NCBI GenBank assembly: GCA_026393855.1
Contig: JAPKZJ010000108.1
Span: 16,600-80,599, forward strand
Length of the DNA stretch: 64,000 bases
Source: Candidatus Aminicenantes bacterium
Lineage (GTDB): Bacteria; Acidobacteriota; Aminicenantia; Aminicenantales; UBA4085
Direction: 5' to 3'
The translations under genes and the position numbers were made by a program. The notes beneath the pieces were generated by a model. The model did no database searches. It worked only from the letters and a program-made list of their open reading frames with translations, and was not told the origin of the DNA. Positions 42,458 to 53,937 of this stretch are shown here, piece by piece; the first letter of the stretch is position 1, and each line of letters opens with the position of its first letter.

Positions 42458-44893
42458 ATGAGTCCCTCTTCCGCCTATCCCCGTGTGCCGCTCGACCAGC
42501 TGCGCTGGCGCTGCGATCCCGCCGGCCTGCCCTACGACACCAGCTCGCTTTGCCCGGCCTGCGAAGAGATCATCGGCCAGGACCGCGCCCTCAAGGCCCT
42601 TCTGACCGGGCTCGACATCAAAAGCCTGGGCTATAATATCTTCATCACCGGGATGGCCGGCACCGGCCGCACCACCACCATCAAGCAGCTCCTGGAGCGG
42701 CTGGAAAAGGGCGATCGGCCGCCCGACGACATCCTCTACGTCAACAATTTCAAATATCCCGACGAGCCGAGCCTGCTCTTCCTCCCGGCCGGCAAGGGCA
42801 AGCTCTTCGTCGCCGAGTTGGTCGACCTGCTCGACAGGCTCAAAGCCAACATCCCCGAGTTCCTCAAGAGCAAGTACTACACCGACAAGCGCGACGCCGT
42901 CATCGAGGAGCAGCAGGGCAAGCAGAAGGCTCTCCTGCAGGGCTTCGAGGAGGAGACGGCCAAGGAGGGCTTCTCGGTCATCCAGGTCCAGATGGGCCTC
43001 TTCGTCAAGCCTGATCTGATCCCCGTCATCGACGACCAGCCGACCCCCTTCCCCAAGGTCGAGGCCCTGGTCAAGGAGAAGAAGCTCCCGGCCGAGCGCT
43101 TCGAGGCTCTCAAAAAGGCCTATGAAGCCCTCTCTCAAAAAATGGAAAGCGTCTTTGAGCGCCTGCGCGAGATCGAGGAAGAGACCCGCCTCCGGCTCAA
43201 GGCCTGGGACGCCGAATCGATCGCCCCGACCATCAAGGGGGCGGTGGCCGAGATCAACGCCCGCTTCCCTCATCCCCGGGTCCCCGAGTACCTGGCCGAG
43301 GTCGAAGCCGGCCTGATCGGCGCCATCGAGATCTTCAAGAACCAGAAAAAGGACGAGGACAAGAAGGACGCCCCGCCCGGCGATCCGATGCTCGATTACC
43401 AGGTCAACCTGCTGGTCGATAACGGCGACCTCAAGCACTCCCCGGTCATCATGGAGACCAATCCGAACTATCTCAACCTGTTCGGTTCGATCGAGTCGAC
43501 CATGAACCGCTTCGGCCTCCTCCAAACCGACTTCACCAAGATCAAAGCCGGCTCTTTCCTCAAGGCCAACGGCGGCTACCTCGTGGTCAACGCCCTGGAC
43601 GCCCTGGTCGAGCCGGGCGTCTGGGCCACCCTCAAGCGGACCCTGCGCAATCAGGTCTTCGAGCTCCAGAACTACGCCGCCCTATTCCTCTTCTCCTCGG
43701 CCCGGCTCAAGCCGCAGCCGATCAAGATCAACGTCAAGCTGGTCATGATCGGGGACGAGGAGATCTACAACCTGCTTTATTCCATGGATGAGGACTTCCG
43801 CAAGGTCTTCAAGATCAAGGCCGAGTTCGACTCGGAGATGGCCAAGTCCGAGGACGCTATCAAGGACTACATCCGGTTCATCAAGAAGATCGGGGACGAG
43901 GACGGGCTCCTGCCCTTCGACCGGACCGGCATGGCCGCCGTCATCGAGTACGGGACCCGGATCGCCGGCCGGCACAAGAAGCTCAGCACCCGCTTCAACG
44001 TCATCGCCGACGTGGTCCGGGAGTCGAGTTACTGGGCCGGCAAGGACGGCGGGACCGTAGTCTCGGACCGCCACGTCGAGCAGGCTGTGCGGGAGCGCTT
44101 CGAGCGGGTCAGCCTGATCGAGGACAAAATCCAGGAGATGATCGAGGACGGCTCCATCATGATCGACACGGCCGGAGCGGTCGTCGGCCAGGTTAACGGC
44201 CTGGCGGTCTACAGCATGGGCCAGTTCGCCTTCGGCAAGCCGGCCCGGATCACGGCCCGGGTCTCGGTCGGCCGGGCCGGCATCGTCGACATCGAACGGG
44301 CCGTCGATATGAGCGGCTCCAGCCACAGCAAGGGCGTCCTGATCCTGGGCGGCTTCCTGCGCGGCCTCTTTGCCCGGAACAAGCCCTTCGCCTTGTCCGC
44401 CTCGATCGCCTTCGAGCAGAGCTACTCGGGGATCGACGGCGACAGCGCCTCCTCGACCGAGGCCTATGCCCTGCTCTCGGCCCTGGCGGGGCTGCCGCTG
44501 CGCCAGGATCTGGCGGTCACGGGGTCGCTCAACCAGAAAGGCGAGATCCAGCCGATCGGCGGCGTCAACGAGAAGATCGAGGGCTTTTTCGACGTCTGCC
44601 AGGCCAAGGGCTTGACCGGCACTCAGGGGGTCCTCATCCCCCACCAGAACGTCCAAAACCTTATGCTGCGGCCCGACGTCGTCCAGGCCGCAGCCGAGGA
44701 CCGCTTCCACATCTACCCCGTCCATTCGATCGACGAGGGCATCGCCATCCTGACCGGCCTGCCGTCCGGCGCCCGCCGCATCGACGGAACCTGGGAGCCG
44801 GGCTCGGTCAACGACTTGGTGGATCAGGAGATCCAACGCCTCTCCCGTGCGGCCAAGGCCGCCGGCGAGGACAAGGACGCGGTGAAAGAATAG
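42458..44893 (+). CDS. Lon-related ATP-dependent protease (LonB/YcbZ-like)
   Basis: It has an AAA+ P-loop (ITGMAGTGRTT) and a C-terminal Lon proteolytic domain (G.DGDSASS.EAYALLSAL, GG...KIEGFF). The 811-aa protein has no N-terminal LonA substrate domain. Confidence 0.85.
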   Translation: MSPSSAYPRVPLDQLRWRCDPAGLPYDTSSLCPACEEIIGQDRALKALLTGLDIKSLGYNIFITGMAGTGRTTTIKQLLERLEKGDRPPDDILYVNNFKYPDEPSLLFLPAGKGKLFVAELVDLLDRLKANIPEFLKSKYYTDKRDAVIEEQQGKQKALLQGFEEETAKEGFSVIQVQMGLFVKPDLIPVIDDQPTPFPKVEALVKEKKLPAERFEALKKAYEALSQKMESVFERLREIEEETRLRLKAWDAESIAPTIKGAVAEINARFPHPRVPEYLAEVEAGLIGAIEIFKNQKKDEDKKDAPPGDPMLDYQVNLLVDNGDLKHSPVIMETNPNYLNLFGSIESTMNRFGLLQTDFTKIKAGSFLKANGGYLVVNALDALVEPGVWATLKRTLRNQVFELQNYAALFLFSSARLKPQPIKINVKLVMIGDEEIYNLLYSMDEDFRKVFKIKAEFDSEMAKSEDAIKDYIRFIKKIGDEDGLLPFDRTGMAAVIEYGTRIAGRHKKLSTRFNVIADVVRESSYWAGKDGGTVVSDRHVEQAVRERFERVSLIEDKIQEMIEDGSIMIDTAGAVVGQVNGLAVYSMGQFAFGKPARITARVSVGRAGIVDIERAVDMSGSSHSKGVLILGGFLRGLFARNKPFALSASIAFEQSYSGIDGDSASSTEAYALLSALAGLPLRQDLAVTGSLNQKGEIQPIGGVNEKIEGFFDVCQAKGLTGTQGVLIPHQNVQNLMLRPDVVQAAAEDRFHIYPVHSIDEGIAILTGLPSGARRIDGTWEPGSVNDLVDQEIQRLSRAAKAAGEDKDAVKE

Positions 44894-44900
44894 TCTCCCC

Positions 44901-44927
44901 GGCCGGCCTAAGAGCCGGCTTGATTTT
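44901..44927 (+). terminator. Rho-independent terminator after the Lon-like gene
   Basis: GGCCGGC (44901-44907) pairs with GCCGGCT (44914-44920), with a 6-nt loop, followed by TGATTTT. Confidence 0.55.
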
Positions 44928-45011
44928 CCGCCCGATCGCGTGTCATGATGAGCGGCCGGGCGCCCTGCAAGTCCGCGTCGGCCGCAAGCGGCGCGGCGAA
45001 AGGAACGAGAC

Positions 45012-45791
45012 ATGGATCAAGCCGAAAGACCGCGCAAGCAAGGCCTGTTCATCACCATCGACGCCAACATCGGGGCGGGCAAGACCAACGCCTGCCACGC
45101 CATCAGCTCGGCCGCCACCGCCAGCGGCTGGCCGGCCCGGGTTCTTGAGGAGCCGACGCACAGTCCCAAGTTCACCTATTTCCTCAACCATTACTACGAC
45201 GACCTGCGCACCGGAAACAACACCGGCGGCGGCTTCTCCATGCAGATGTTCATGCTTTGCCAGCGCTACGAGCAGCACCGGCTGGCCGTCGAGCTGGCCT
45301 GGGGCCCGCAGGGCCAGGTGGTCATTCAGGACCGACCGATCTACGGCGACACCGTGTTCGCCACCACGGCCATGGAGCGCGGCTTCATGACCCACCAGGA
45401 GTTCGAGCTGTACGTCGACGTCTTTCGCAACATGAGCCGCGACGTGATGCCGCCCGATATTTTCGTCTTTCTGGACGTCGCCCCCGAGGAATGCCACCGC
45501 CGCATGGAAAACCGGGCTCGCGGGGAGGAAGCCGGCGTACCTCTGGACTACCTGCAGCACCTGGACAAGAACTACAGGCTGCTGCTGCAGGAAATGCGGC
45601 GGCGCGGAGTGCGGGTCATGGTCATCGACTGGAGGGAGTTCGGCCCTCCGGTGGATGTCTGGAAGCAGATCCTGCGGATGTCGATGTCGTCTGATTCCTG
45701 GTACGAGCAGCTGGCGTTCTCGTTCGCCAAGCATCCCCGAATGCCGGTGATGCCGAACGGCGGCGAGACTAAGCCCGACGCGGCCGGCTAA
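45012..45791 (+). CDS. deoxynucleoside kinase family protein
   Basis: P-loop IDANIGAGKT, the DRPIYGD (DRS-type) motif and the Arg-rich lid HRRMENRARGEE are present. The protein is 259 aa. Confidence 0.75.
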   Translation: MDQAERPRKQGLFITIDANIGAGKTNACHAISSAATASGWPARVLEEPTHSPKFTYFLNHYYDDLRTGNNTGGGFSMQMFMLCQRYEQHRLAVELAWGPQGQVVIQDRPIYGDTVFATTAMERGFMTHQEFELYVDVFRNMSRDVMPPDIFVFLDVAPEECHRRMENRARGEEAGVPLDYLQHLDKNYRLLLQEMRRRGVRVMVIDWREFGPPVDVWKQILRMSMSSDSWYEQLAFSFAKHPRMPVMPNGGETKPDAAG

Positions 45792-48700
45792 TTCTTTTCC
45801 AGAATCAGCAGCCACCCCTTGCCCGGCTCGACGGGGATCGGCTCGTCCGCGGCGAACGAGGCGGCCAATTGAAAATTGGGGATTTCCGGCGCCCGGAGCT
45901 TCGCTTTCCGCGGATCGAGCCCAAGGGCCTTCCAGTCGATCCGAAGCCGCGTCCGGACCGGTCCCATGGCCCAGCTGGCCAGGGCGATCATCGAGCGTCC
46001 GTCCCGCCGGTAGACAGTGGCCAGAACGCCCGGGTCGTCGGCTCGAACGGGGCAGTCCTCGGTCCACCAGCCGCTCATCCGGGATTCGCCGAGACCGAAG
46101 GCGTCCCAAACCTTCCATAGCCGGGCCGGGTCGTTGCCCGACCAGGGCAGCCGATTGGTCATCCCGAAGACCATCCCCCGCCAGGGGTTCCCGCCGTCCT
46201 GCAGCATCTCCCCCATCAGGCCGAAGGGAAGCCCCGAGACCTCGACCAGCCAATAATCCGCCGGCGTGCCGTTGTAGTCGAAGTACTCGCCGAACCACAG
46301 ACGGTTGAGGTAAGGAAAGTGCTCGAGGTAGAGGGTGGCGCTCGAGACGAATCCGTCCCGGGGGTTGTACTGGTTGGCCGAATGGAGGTCGATCAGGGCG
46401 TCCGGCCGGTTGCGGTCGAGAACTTTGCGGACCCGTTTCATGGTCGTCCGGTCGAAAGCCACGTCGTCCAGATAGAGGCCGTCGATCCCGATCTTGCGGG
46501 CCAGCCAGTCGAGCCCTTCGATGTAATAGTTGTGCCAGCGCGACATGCCGCTGTTGATGACGGCCGCGTCCTTGAGCTCGGGGACGAACCAGGCGGCGAT
46601 GTAGTCGGCGCCGAGGTGCTCCTGGAGCCAGGCGTATCCGCCGCCCGGCCCGGGCGTGAAGATCTCGTGCCCCAGGCTGCGCAGGGCGAAGATCTCGGAC
46701 GCCCGGTTGCTGAGCTCCCGGACGGTGTCGTAGATCTTGACCCGGAACCCGCGCCGATGGGCCTCGTCGACATAAGCCTTCATCTCGGCCGGGCGAAGAA
46801 AGGGATAGTTGATATAGGGGTTGATGGCGTTGGCGTGATGGATGTTGATCGTGTTGGCCCCGCTCGCGGCGACTTCGGCCACGGGCTTATAGGCGTGCAT
46901 GAAGCGGGTCGCGAAATGAGCCTTCGGGTCGATCGTCTTGAAGGGCGTCAGAAGAAGGATGAAGTGGAAGTGGAGGTCGCGGCCGGGCTCCAGGGTTCTT
47001 GCACCGCCGGACGCGGCGTAGAGCACCACCCCCGGCTTCCCCTCGCGGACTTTGACGGTCCCCTTGCCCCCGTTCCACCAGGACGGTGGCAGGTTGAGGG
47101 GCTTGCTCAGGTAGAAATTGGTGTTGAGGGGCCGGCTGTAGTTCTCGGCCCGCAGGCCGACCTGCATCCCGGCGTTGACCTCGCCCAGCCAGAGCGAATC
47201 CTGATTCTTTTTTTGGTCCCAAGCCCACTGCAGCTCCGCCGGTCGGAGCCCGCCCTTGACGCCGAGGCCCATCATATAGCGGGCTGCGGCCGCCGCCCAG
47301 GGGATCTCCAGGCGGACGTCTCTTACGGCCATGATCTCATCGGCCGCCAACCGGACCTGAAATTCGAGATAGCCGTCCATCTCCATCCAGGCCCGCCCCT
47401 CCATCCGCAGGCCGGGAGCCGTGTTTTTAAACTCCCAATCCACGCGGCCGGGAGCCTTCTTGGTGAAGACGACCCCCTCAGGCTTCCATTCGAACGGCCG
47501 GCCTATGCCGTCCTCGACGATCAAGGCCATCGGGCCGGCCAGCACGTCCTTGGGCTTGTCGGTCAGCCGGGCGACATCCGACGCGAAGTAGCTTCGGATC
47601 GCCGCCGGCAGGCCGTCGAGCCCGAGACTCACCGTCCGCCCCAGGCAGCCCAGGGTCTGGCCCCGGACGGTCAGCGGGGTGAACGGCTTGACGACTTCGT
47701 CATCCATGGCCAGGGTCGAATCGAGCCAGCGGAGTCTGGACATCCGGGCCGGATCCGCATCGCCTCCGTCGGTCCGCAGGGCCGGTCCGACGGCCAGAGC
47801 GAGCCGCACGGTCTGGGCCGCCCGCCCCTTGGCCGATACGGATACGTCGCCCTCATAGCGTCCGGGCCGGCAATTCGCAGGCACCTGAACTCCGCACCAA
47901 AGCGCCTGGACCTTGCCCTCGCCCACGGCCACGGACTTGTAGAGCGGCGTCCCGTCCCAGTCCGTCCCCCCCGTGTTGATACAGCGCAGAGCCGAGGCCG
48001 GGATCGTCCCACCGGCGGCGGACCGGAGCGGCGAGAAGCCCACGGTAACTTCTTCCAACGCCCCGCCGCAAGCCCAAAGCCCGACCTGGAAGGCGAAAAA
48101 CTCCCCCCGTGCCGCCTCCCCCGCGAGCTCCGGCCGCGGCCCCTCGACGACCCACTTGTAAGGCAAGTCATCGACCATGCGGATCGAGCTCCGCCGATCC
48201 TCGGGGAATAGAAGGAACGGTCGGTCGGCGAAGCGCTGCCGCAGGGCCATCGTCTCTTCCGGAAAGGCGATGAACTCCATGGGCGTGAAGGCATCGAAAG
48301 CGTCAGCGGACTCAAGAGCCCCGGGCTTGGCTTCGGGAAAGCGGCCCGTGTCCGTCGCCGAAGCCGGCAAGCCGTTGCGGGCCAGCCAGGCTTCTTCGGC
48401 CGTCCGCTCCGGCTCCCGGTACCGTGCGGTCGGGTAGTTCCGGCTCCCGGTCAGCCGGTAGGGCATATAATAGAAATCATATTCGCCCGGCCCCGAGGCC
48501 GGTTGAAAGACAAAGACGCCGGCGGCCCGATCCACGGATACGGCGACGACATTGGCGATCCTCGCGCCGGCGGCGTCAGTGACGATGACGGCCTTCGTCT
48601 CGGGCGCCGGATCGCGACGACGCCAGGGAATCCTGATCCGGACGGCATCCGCGGCCGCAGCAACCCGGACGACGGCCCTGTGGTTGCCGAGGGCCGAAAC

Positions 48701-48802
48701 GTCCCAGGCTTCGCCCGCGCCGGTTCCGGGACCGGCGGCCACCGGTCCGAGAGCCAGCCGGGCGAACAGAGCGGCCAGTCCGATCTTGGATAGGTTTGTC
48801 AT
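45788..48802 (-). CDS. secreted glycoside-hydrolase-like protein (GH123/DUF4091-type TIM-barrel region; function unproven)
   Basis: The 1004-aa protein has a signal peptide. The central region ...INIHHAN..NPYINYPF....MKAYVDEAHRRG.RVKIY.T..ELS......GLYLDD.AFDR... resembles DUF4091/GH123 catalytic domains from memory. Confidence 0.6.
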   Translation of the reverse strand: MTNLSKIGLAALFARLALGPVAAGPGTGAGEAWDVSALGNHRAVVRVAAAADAVRIRIPWRRRDPAPETKAVIVTDAAGARIANVVAVSVDRAAGVFVFQPASGPGEYDFYYMPYRLTGSRNYPTARYREPERTAEEAWLARNGLPASATDTGRFPEAKPGALESADAFDAFTPMEFIAFPEETMALRQRFADRPFLLFPEDRRSSIRMVDDLPYKWVVEGPRPELAGEAARGEFFAFQVGLWACGGALEEVTVGFSPLRSAAGGTIPASALRCINTGGTDWDGTPLYKSVAVGEGKVQALWCGVQVPANCRPGRYEGDVSVSAKGRAAQTVRLALAVGPALRTDGGDADPARMSRLRWLDSTLAMDDEVVKPFTPLTVRGQTLGCLGRTVSLGLDGLPAAIRSYFASDVARLTDKPKDVLAGPMALIVEDGIGRPFEWKPEGVVFTKKAPGRVDWEFKNTAPGLRMEGRAWMEMDGYLEFQVRLAADEIMAVRDVRLEIPWAAAAARYMMGLGVKGGLRPAELQWAWDQKKNQDSLWLGEVNAGMQVGLRAENYSRPLNTNFYLSKPLNLPPSWWNGGKGTVKVREGKPGVVLYAASGGARTLEPGRDLHFHFILLLTPFKTIDPKAHFATRFMHAYKPVAEVAASGANTINIHHANAINPYINYPFLRPAEMKAYVDEAHRRGFRVKIYDTVRELSNRASEIFALRSLGHEIFTPGPGGGYAWLQEHLGADYIAAWFVPELKDAAVINSGMSRWHNYYIEGLDWLARKIGIDGLYLDDVAFDRTTMKRVRKVLDRNRPDALIDLHSANQYNPRDGFVSSATLYLEHFPYLNRLWFGEYFDYNGTPADYWLVEVSGLPFGLMGEMLQDGGNPWRGMVFGMTNRLPWSGNDPARLWKVWDAFGLGESRMSGWWTEDCPVRADDPGVLATVYRRDGRSMIALASWAMGPVRTRLRIDWKALGLDPRKAKLRAPEIPNFQLAASFAADEPIPVEPGKGWLLILEKN

Positions 48803-48851
48803 GGCGTCACCTCGAAGGAGTTGGCGGCCGGAGCGCCGCTCCGCAACCGCG

Positions 48852-51254
48852 CTATTCGTCCAGCAGATCGATCTCGGCGATGGCCCAATGGCGCCCCGAA
48901 GGATGCGATTCGGTCAGGGTGATCCGCAGGAACCGGGCCGTCGCAGGCACCCGCGAGACAATCGATCGGACCATCGACAGATCCTCAACCTCGGACTTCT
49001 TCAGGATCGGGAAGTAATTGCGCCCGAAGTCGAGTCCGGTCCAAACGACCCCATCCAGTGAGGTCTCGACGTCGAAGTTGCGGGGATAGGACAGGGGACG
49101 GTTCTGCTGCCGAAGGACAATCTGCCGGAAGCTCTCGATCCGGCCCAGGTCGATGCGGACGAAATCTCCCCGCTGTTGGGGAAACCCGGTCGACCAGTAG
49201 GTCTCCGGCCGGCCGTCGAAAGCCAGCCCGATCGAAGCCGCGTTCAGGCTGGCGCGGCCTCGCCAGATCGACCTGTCCCCCACCGAATGCAAGGCCGGGG
49301 CGCCGGGATCGTGGCTCGCCGCCCAGGGCAGGATGCGGTAAAGAACCGACCCGTCCGCTTCGGCCACCGGGTCGGCCCGGTTCCGATGTTTGACCATCCG
49401 GCGGAGGAAGAGCGCCCTCCGCTCGGCGGGCATGGCGCCGACATGGGCCAGGACATAACCGACCTGCAGGCTTTCCAGCAAGTCGAGCGCTGCCTTGCTG
49501 GGGAATCCCTCCATCGCCTCGCGGACGATCCGATAGGCGGGCGGAGCGTACCCGCTGTACCCGTTGACAAGATGCTTCCAATGAAAGGTCGAGTAGTAGA
49601 CCGGCCAGGCGTCCTTCCATTCCTCGTCGTCGCGAGTCGGCATGGGGATTTCGACCAGGGAGGCATCATCCGGAAGAGCCGCAACGGCACGGTAGATGGC
49701 CGGCACGCCCGAGCCGAGCGGGATCGAGATCATCGGCAAAGGGACGGACCACGATTCGATCAGGACGAGAACGGCCAAGCCGGCCACGATCCCGACGCGG
49801 CGACCGCCGGGCCGGCTTCGCAGCCAATCGGCCAAGGTGTAAGCCGAAAAAATAGCCAGGCAGAGGATGACCAGGACGGAGAAGCGGCTGGCCGCCCGCA
49901 GGCTTTGGAATCCGGGCAGCCAGTTGTAGGCCCAGGCATAAGGACCGGTCAGGATCTTGCGGCCGAAAATGCGGATCGAAGGACCGAACGACAGCAGGAA
50001 AGCGGCGGCGCCCGCGGCGGCGAAGCAGCGGGCCGAGGCGGACGCCGTCCGCGCCAAGCGCGCCAGCCGGCCGCGAAAACGGCGGTCGCCGACGAGGCGG
50101 GCGGCGAACGATAGAATCAGAAGAACCAGAGGATCCTCGATCCTGCGGCTCGAAAGCTTGAACCCGGCCAGGGTTGAAGAGAATGTCGGCCGGCTCGCCA
50201 GAAAGACGACGATCAGGAGAAGCCCGGCGTTGATTGCGTTCCAAAGGGCAAAAAAGACGCGATAGCGCTCGGCCGGAGGAGGGAGCGGGAGGGAGGACGA
50301 TCTTCGCGCCAGCCGCGCCAGTCCCCAAGCGGTTAGAACGATTGCGGTCAGTCCGGGAAAAAGCTGCCATTCCACACCGCCGAGCCGGCCGAAGAGGCCT
50401 CCCCAGACATGGTTCCAGGGCGGAACGGCCAGGTAGTGTTGGAGCTGGGCGGAGTAGAACTCGACCTCCCATTGCGGCCGGATGAAATGCATCCGGGCAT
50501 GAACCCGCAGAAAAGGCAGTATGTAAGGAGTGAGGCAGGCCCCGACCAGACCCGCGAAAGCGGCCGCTCGGGCCCAGAAACGGCCCTGCCGCCAGAGGCC
50601 CGTCTTGGCCAGGCTGTAAACGGCGAACACGGCCGCAAAAAAGGTGAAGAAGGCGCCGTAGTAGGCGCAGCTCAAGACCTGGAGAATGTAAAAGGCCGCC
50701 ATACCGAAGGTGTTGCCCCAGGTCGGCCGCTGGAAAAACCGGTGCATGAAAAGGAGGGTGAACGGGATCCAGGCGAAATAGAGAATCTCGAGATGGCCGA
50801 TGTGGGCGAAGCGATAAGGGCAGAAGGCAAAGATCAAGCCGGCCAGAAAGGCGGCCGGCTGCGAGCCGGTCAGCCTTTTGGTCAGGGCATAAGCCCCGGC
50901 CGCGCAGAGGAAAAACGAGAGGAGGAAGAGCAGGTTGAACAGCACCACCGGATTTTTCGTCAGCAGCCTGATCGGCGCACCGATCAAGGTCAGGCCGAAG
51001 AGCGGATCGCCGTAGAAAAGGACCCCTTGATAGGGATAGAAAATGTTCGCGTTCCAGAACGATTCCGTCCCGCCGATGACGCGGTAGTTCCAGGACAAGG
51101 CGTACATAGTATAGAGGGAATCGTGCGGGTCGCCGGCGATTTGGGTGGAAATCCTGGCGGCCACCGGCCAGGTCAGGAGGATCGAGACCAAGGCGAACGC
51201 GACCAGGATGGCCGCATCCCGCCGCCAACCCCCGGTCGCTCCCGTCCGCCCCAT
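48852..51254 (-). CDS. polytopic membrane protein (GT-C-like glycosyltransferase fold suspected) with C-terminal discoidin/F5-8 type C domain
   Basis: There are about 13 hydrophobic segments over the first ~520 aa, with an early DP.DSLY motif in the first loop. The C-terminal ~150 aa (AFDGRPETYWSTG......FVRIDLG......IVL......YPR.F.VE.S.DG..W) look like a discoidin domain. Confidence 0.6.
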   Translation of the reverse strand: MGRTGATGGWRRDAAILVAFALVSILLTWPVAARISTQIAGDPHDSLYTMYALSWNYRVIGGTESFWNANIFYPYQGVLFYGDPLFGLTLIGAPIRLLTKNPVVLFNLLFLLSFFLCAAGAYALTKRLTGSQPAAFLAGLIFAFCPYRFAHIGHLEILYFAWIPFTLLFMHRFFQRPTWGNTFGMAAFYILQVLSCAYYGAFFTFFAAVFAVYSLAKTGLWRQGRFWARAAAFAGLVGACLTPYILPFLRVHARMHFIRPQWEVEFYSAQLQHYLAVPPWNHVWGGLFGRLGGVEWQLFPGLTAIVLTAWGLARLARRSSSLPLPPPAERYRVFFALWNAINAGLLLIVVFLASRPTFSSTLAGFKLSSRRIEDPLVLLILSFAARLVGDRRFRGRLARLARTASASARCFAAAGAAAFLLSFGPSIRIFGRKILTGPYAWAYNWLPGFQSLRAASRFSVLVILCLAIFSAYTLADWLRSRPGGRRVGIVAGLAVLVLIESWSVPLPMISIPLGSGVPAIYRAVAALPDDASLVEIPMPTRDDEEWKDAWPVYYSTFHWKHLVNGYSGYAPPAYRIVREAMEGFPSKAALDLLESLQVGYVLAHVGAMPAERRALFLRRMVKHRNRADPVAEADGSVLYRILPWAASHDPGAPALHSVGDRSIWRGRASLNAASIGLAFDGRPETYWSTGFPQQRGDFVRIDLGRIESFRQIVLRQQNRPLSYPRNFDVETSLDGVVWTGLDFGRNYFPILKKSEVEDLSMVRSIVSRVPATARFLRITLTESHPSGRHWAIAEIDLLDE

Positions 51255-51262
51255 GGCCTCCC

Positions 51263-51988
51263 CTAGGTCAGACCCACCAGGCTGCGCAAAGATCGGACCT
51301 CGGCCCGCTTAAGAGGTCGGCACTGGCCGCGGGGAAGAGCCGCCAGCGTGAGCCCGGCGAACTCGACGCGCTTGAGCGAGCGGACCCGATGCCCGACGGT
51401 CTCCATCATCCGGCGCACCTCGCGCTTGCGCCCCTCGTGGATTTCGACTAGAACCACGCTCTGGCGGACGTTGCGGCGCAGAACCCGGACCCGGCCCGGC
51501 GCCGTGCGCCGGCCGTCCAGCCGGATCCCCTTCTCCAGCCTAGCGGCGCTTTCGTCGGTCATCTCGCCGTCGACTTCGACCGAGTAGATTTTTTTGATCT
51601 CGAACCGGGGATGGGTCAGCCGGTAGGCCAGATCTCCGTCGTTGGTCAGCAGAAGCAGTCCTTCGGAATCCAGGTCCAGGCGGCCGATCGGAAAGACCGC
51701 CTCGCGCATCTTGGGCAGCAGCGACATGACCGTCGGCCGACCTTCCGGATCGTCCCGGGTGACCAGGTATCCGGCCGGCTTGTTCAGGGCCAGGTAGACG
51801 AGGACCCGGCCCGGCTTGACGGCGCGGCCGTTGAGCGTGATGCGATCCTTCTCGTCATCGACCTTGACGCCCAGGTCCTCCACGGTTCGGCCGTTGATCT
51901 GGACGCGCCCCTCCCCGATCAGGCGGTCGGCCTCCCGGCGGGAGGCGACTCCCTGCATGGAAAGGTATCGATTCAGGCGGAGGATCAT
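51263..51988 (-). CDS. pseudouridine synthase, RsuA/RluB family
   Basis: Start at MILRLNRYLSMQGVASRREADRLI (S4 domain). The catalytic motif is GRLDLDSEGLLLLTNDG. Its ATG overlaps the upstream stop by 1 nt (TAATG). Confidence 0.86.
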   Translation of the reverse strand: MILRLNRYLSMQGVASRREADRLIGEGRVQINGRTVEDLGVKVDDEKDRITLNGRAVKPGRVLVYLALNKPAGYLVTRDDPEGRPTVMSLLPKMREAVFPIGRLDLDSEGLLLLTNDGDLAYRLTHPRFEIKKIYSVEVDGEMTDESAARLEKGIRLDGRRTAPGRVRVLRRNVRQSVVLVEIHEGRKREVRRMMETVGHRVRSLKRVEFAGLTLAALPRGQCRPLKRAEVRSLRSLVGLT

Positions 51989-52554
51989 TAAAAATGGAAC
52001 TGGAGGCCGCCCCAGAGGGTGAAGTCCCCCAGGTCGAGATCGATGTTCTGGATGCTCACGGAGACCTTGTGCCAACGGCCTTCCGCGGTCAGGCTGAAGC
52101 GACGGCCGAGCCTCAGGTCGAGGCCGGCCCCGAAATTGAAGCCGCCGTCATTGGCCTTGTCGATGTTGTGGATGTCGGCCGTATAATAGCCGTAGCCGAG
52201 GGTGACGAACGGCTGCAGGAAGAGCAGGGGGAAGTACAGCTTGCCGTTAACCCCGATGTAGCTGTAGTCGTTGGCCGCCTGGTCCCAGTTGGGGATGATC
52301 GTGCCGCCGCCCAAGATGATGTTGTGGGAGGCCCGGAAGTAGTTGAGCTCGACCCCGATCATCAGAATCCGCAGGCCCGCCCGCAGACCATAGACGAAGG
52401 TCGTGTCCGTGTCGAAAGTGGTGGTCAGCGTGCTCGGCGACTGGGCCGACGTGCCGCCGAAGGCTCCCAGGTAGATCCCGACCTGGGAGAACGCGGGAAC
52501 GGCCAGGGCGGCGAGGAGTGCGGAGGCCGCCAGGATTGTCCGTCCTTTTCTCAT
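51988..52554 (-). CDS. small outer-membrane beta-barrel protein (OMP_b-brl type)
   Basis: Start ATG 52552-52554 follows AAGGAGAG. It has a signal peptide (MRKGRTILAASALLAALAVPAFSQ), alternating strands, and ends ...WGGLQFHF. Confidence 0.72.
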   Translation of the reverse strand: MRKGRTILAASALLAALAVPAFSQVGIYLGAFGGTSAQSPSTLTTTFDTDTTFVYGLRAGLRILMIGVELNYFRASHNIILGGGTIIPNWDQAANDYSYIGVNGKLYFPLLFLQPFVTLGYGYYTADIHNIDKANDGGFNFGAGLDLRLGRRFSLTAEGRWHKVSVSIQNIDLDLGDFTLWGGLQFHF

Positions 52555-52701
52555 GGCGCCACTCTCCTTCCTTCTTCCTTCCTTTGCCAGCCTCCCCATT
52601 GTCGGCTCCGGCCCGGCTTTTGTCAAGGCAGCGCCGGCCTAAACTCCCGCGTTCCGAATCCGTATCATATCCTGTTAGAATAGACCGCCTTCGGGAGTGA
52701 C

Positions 52702-53933
<1,232 letters not shown>

Positions 53934-53937
<4 letters not shown>

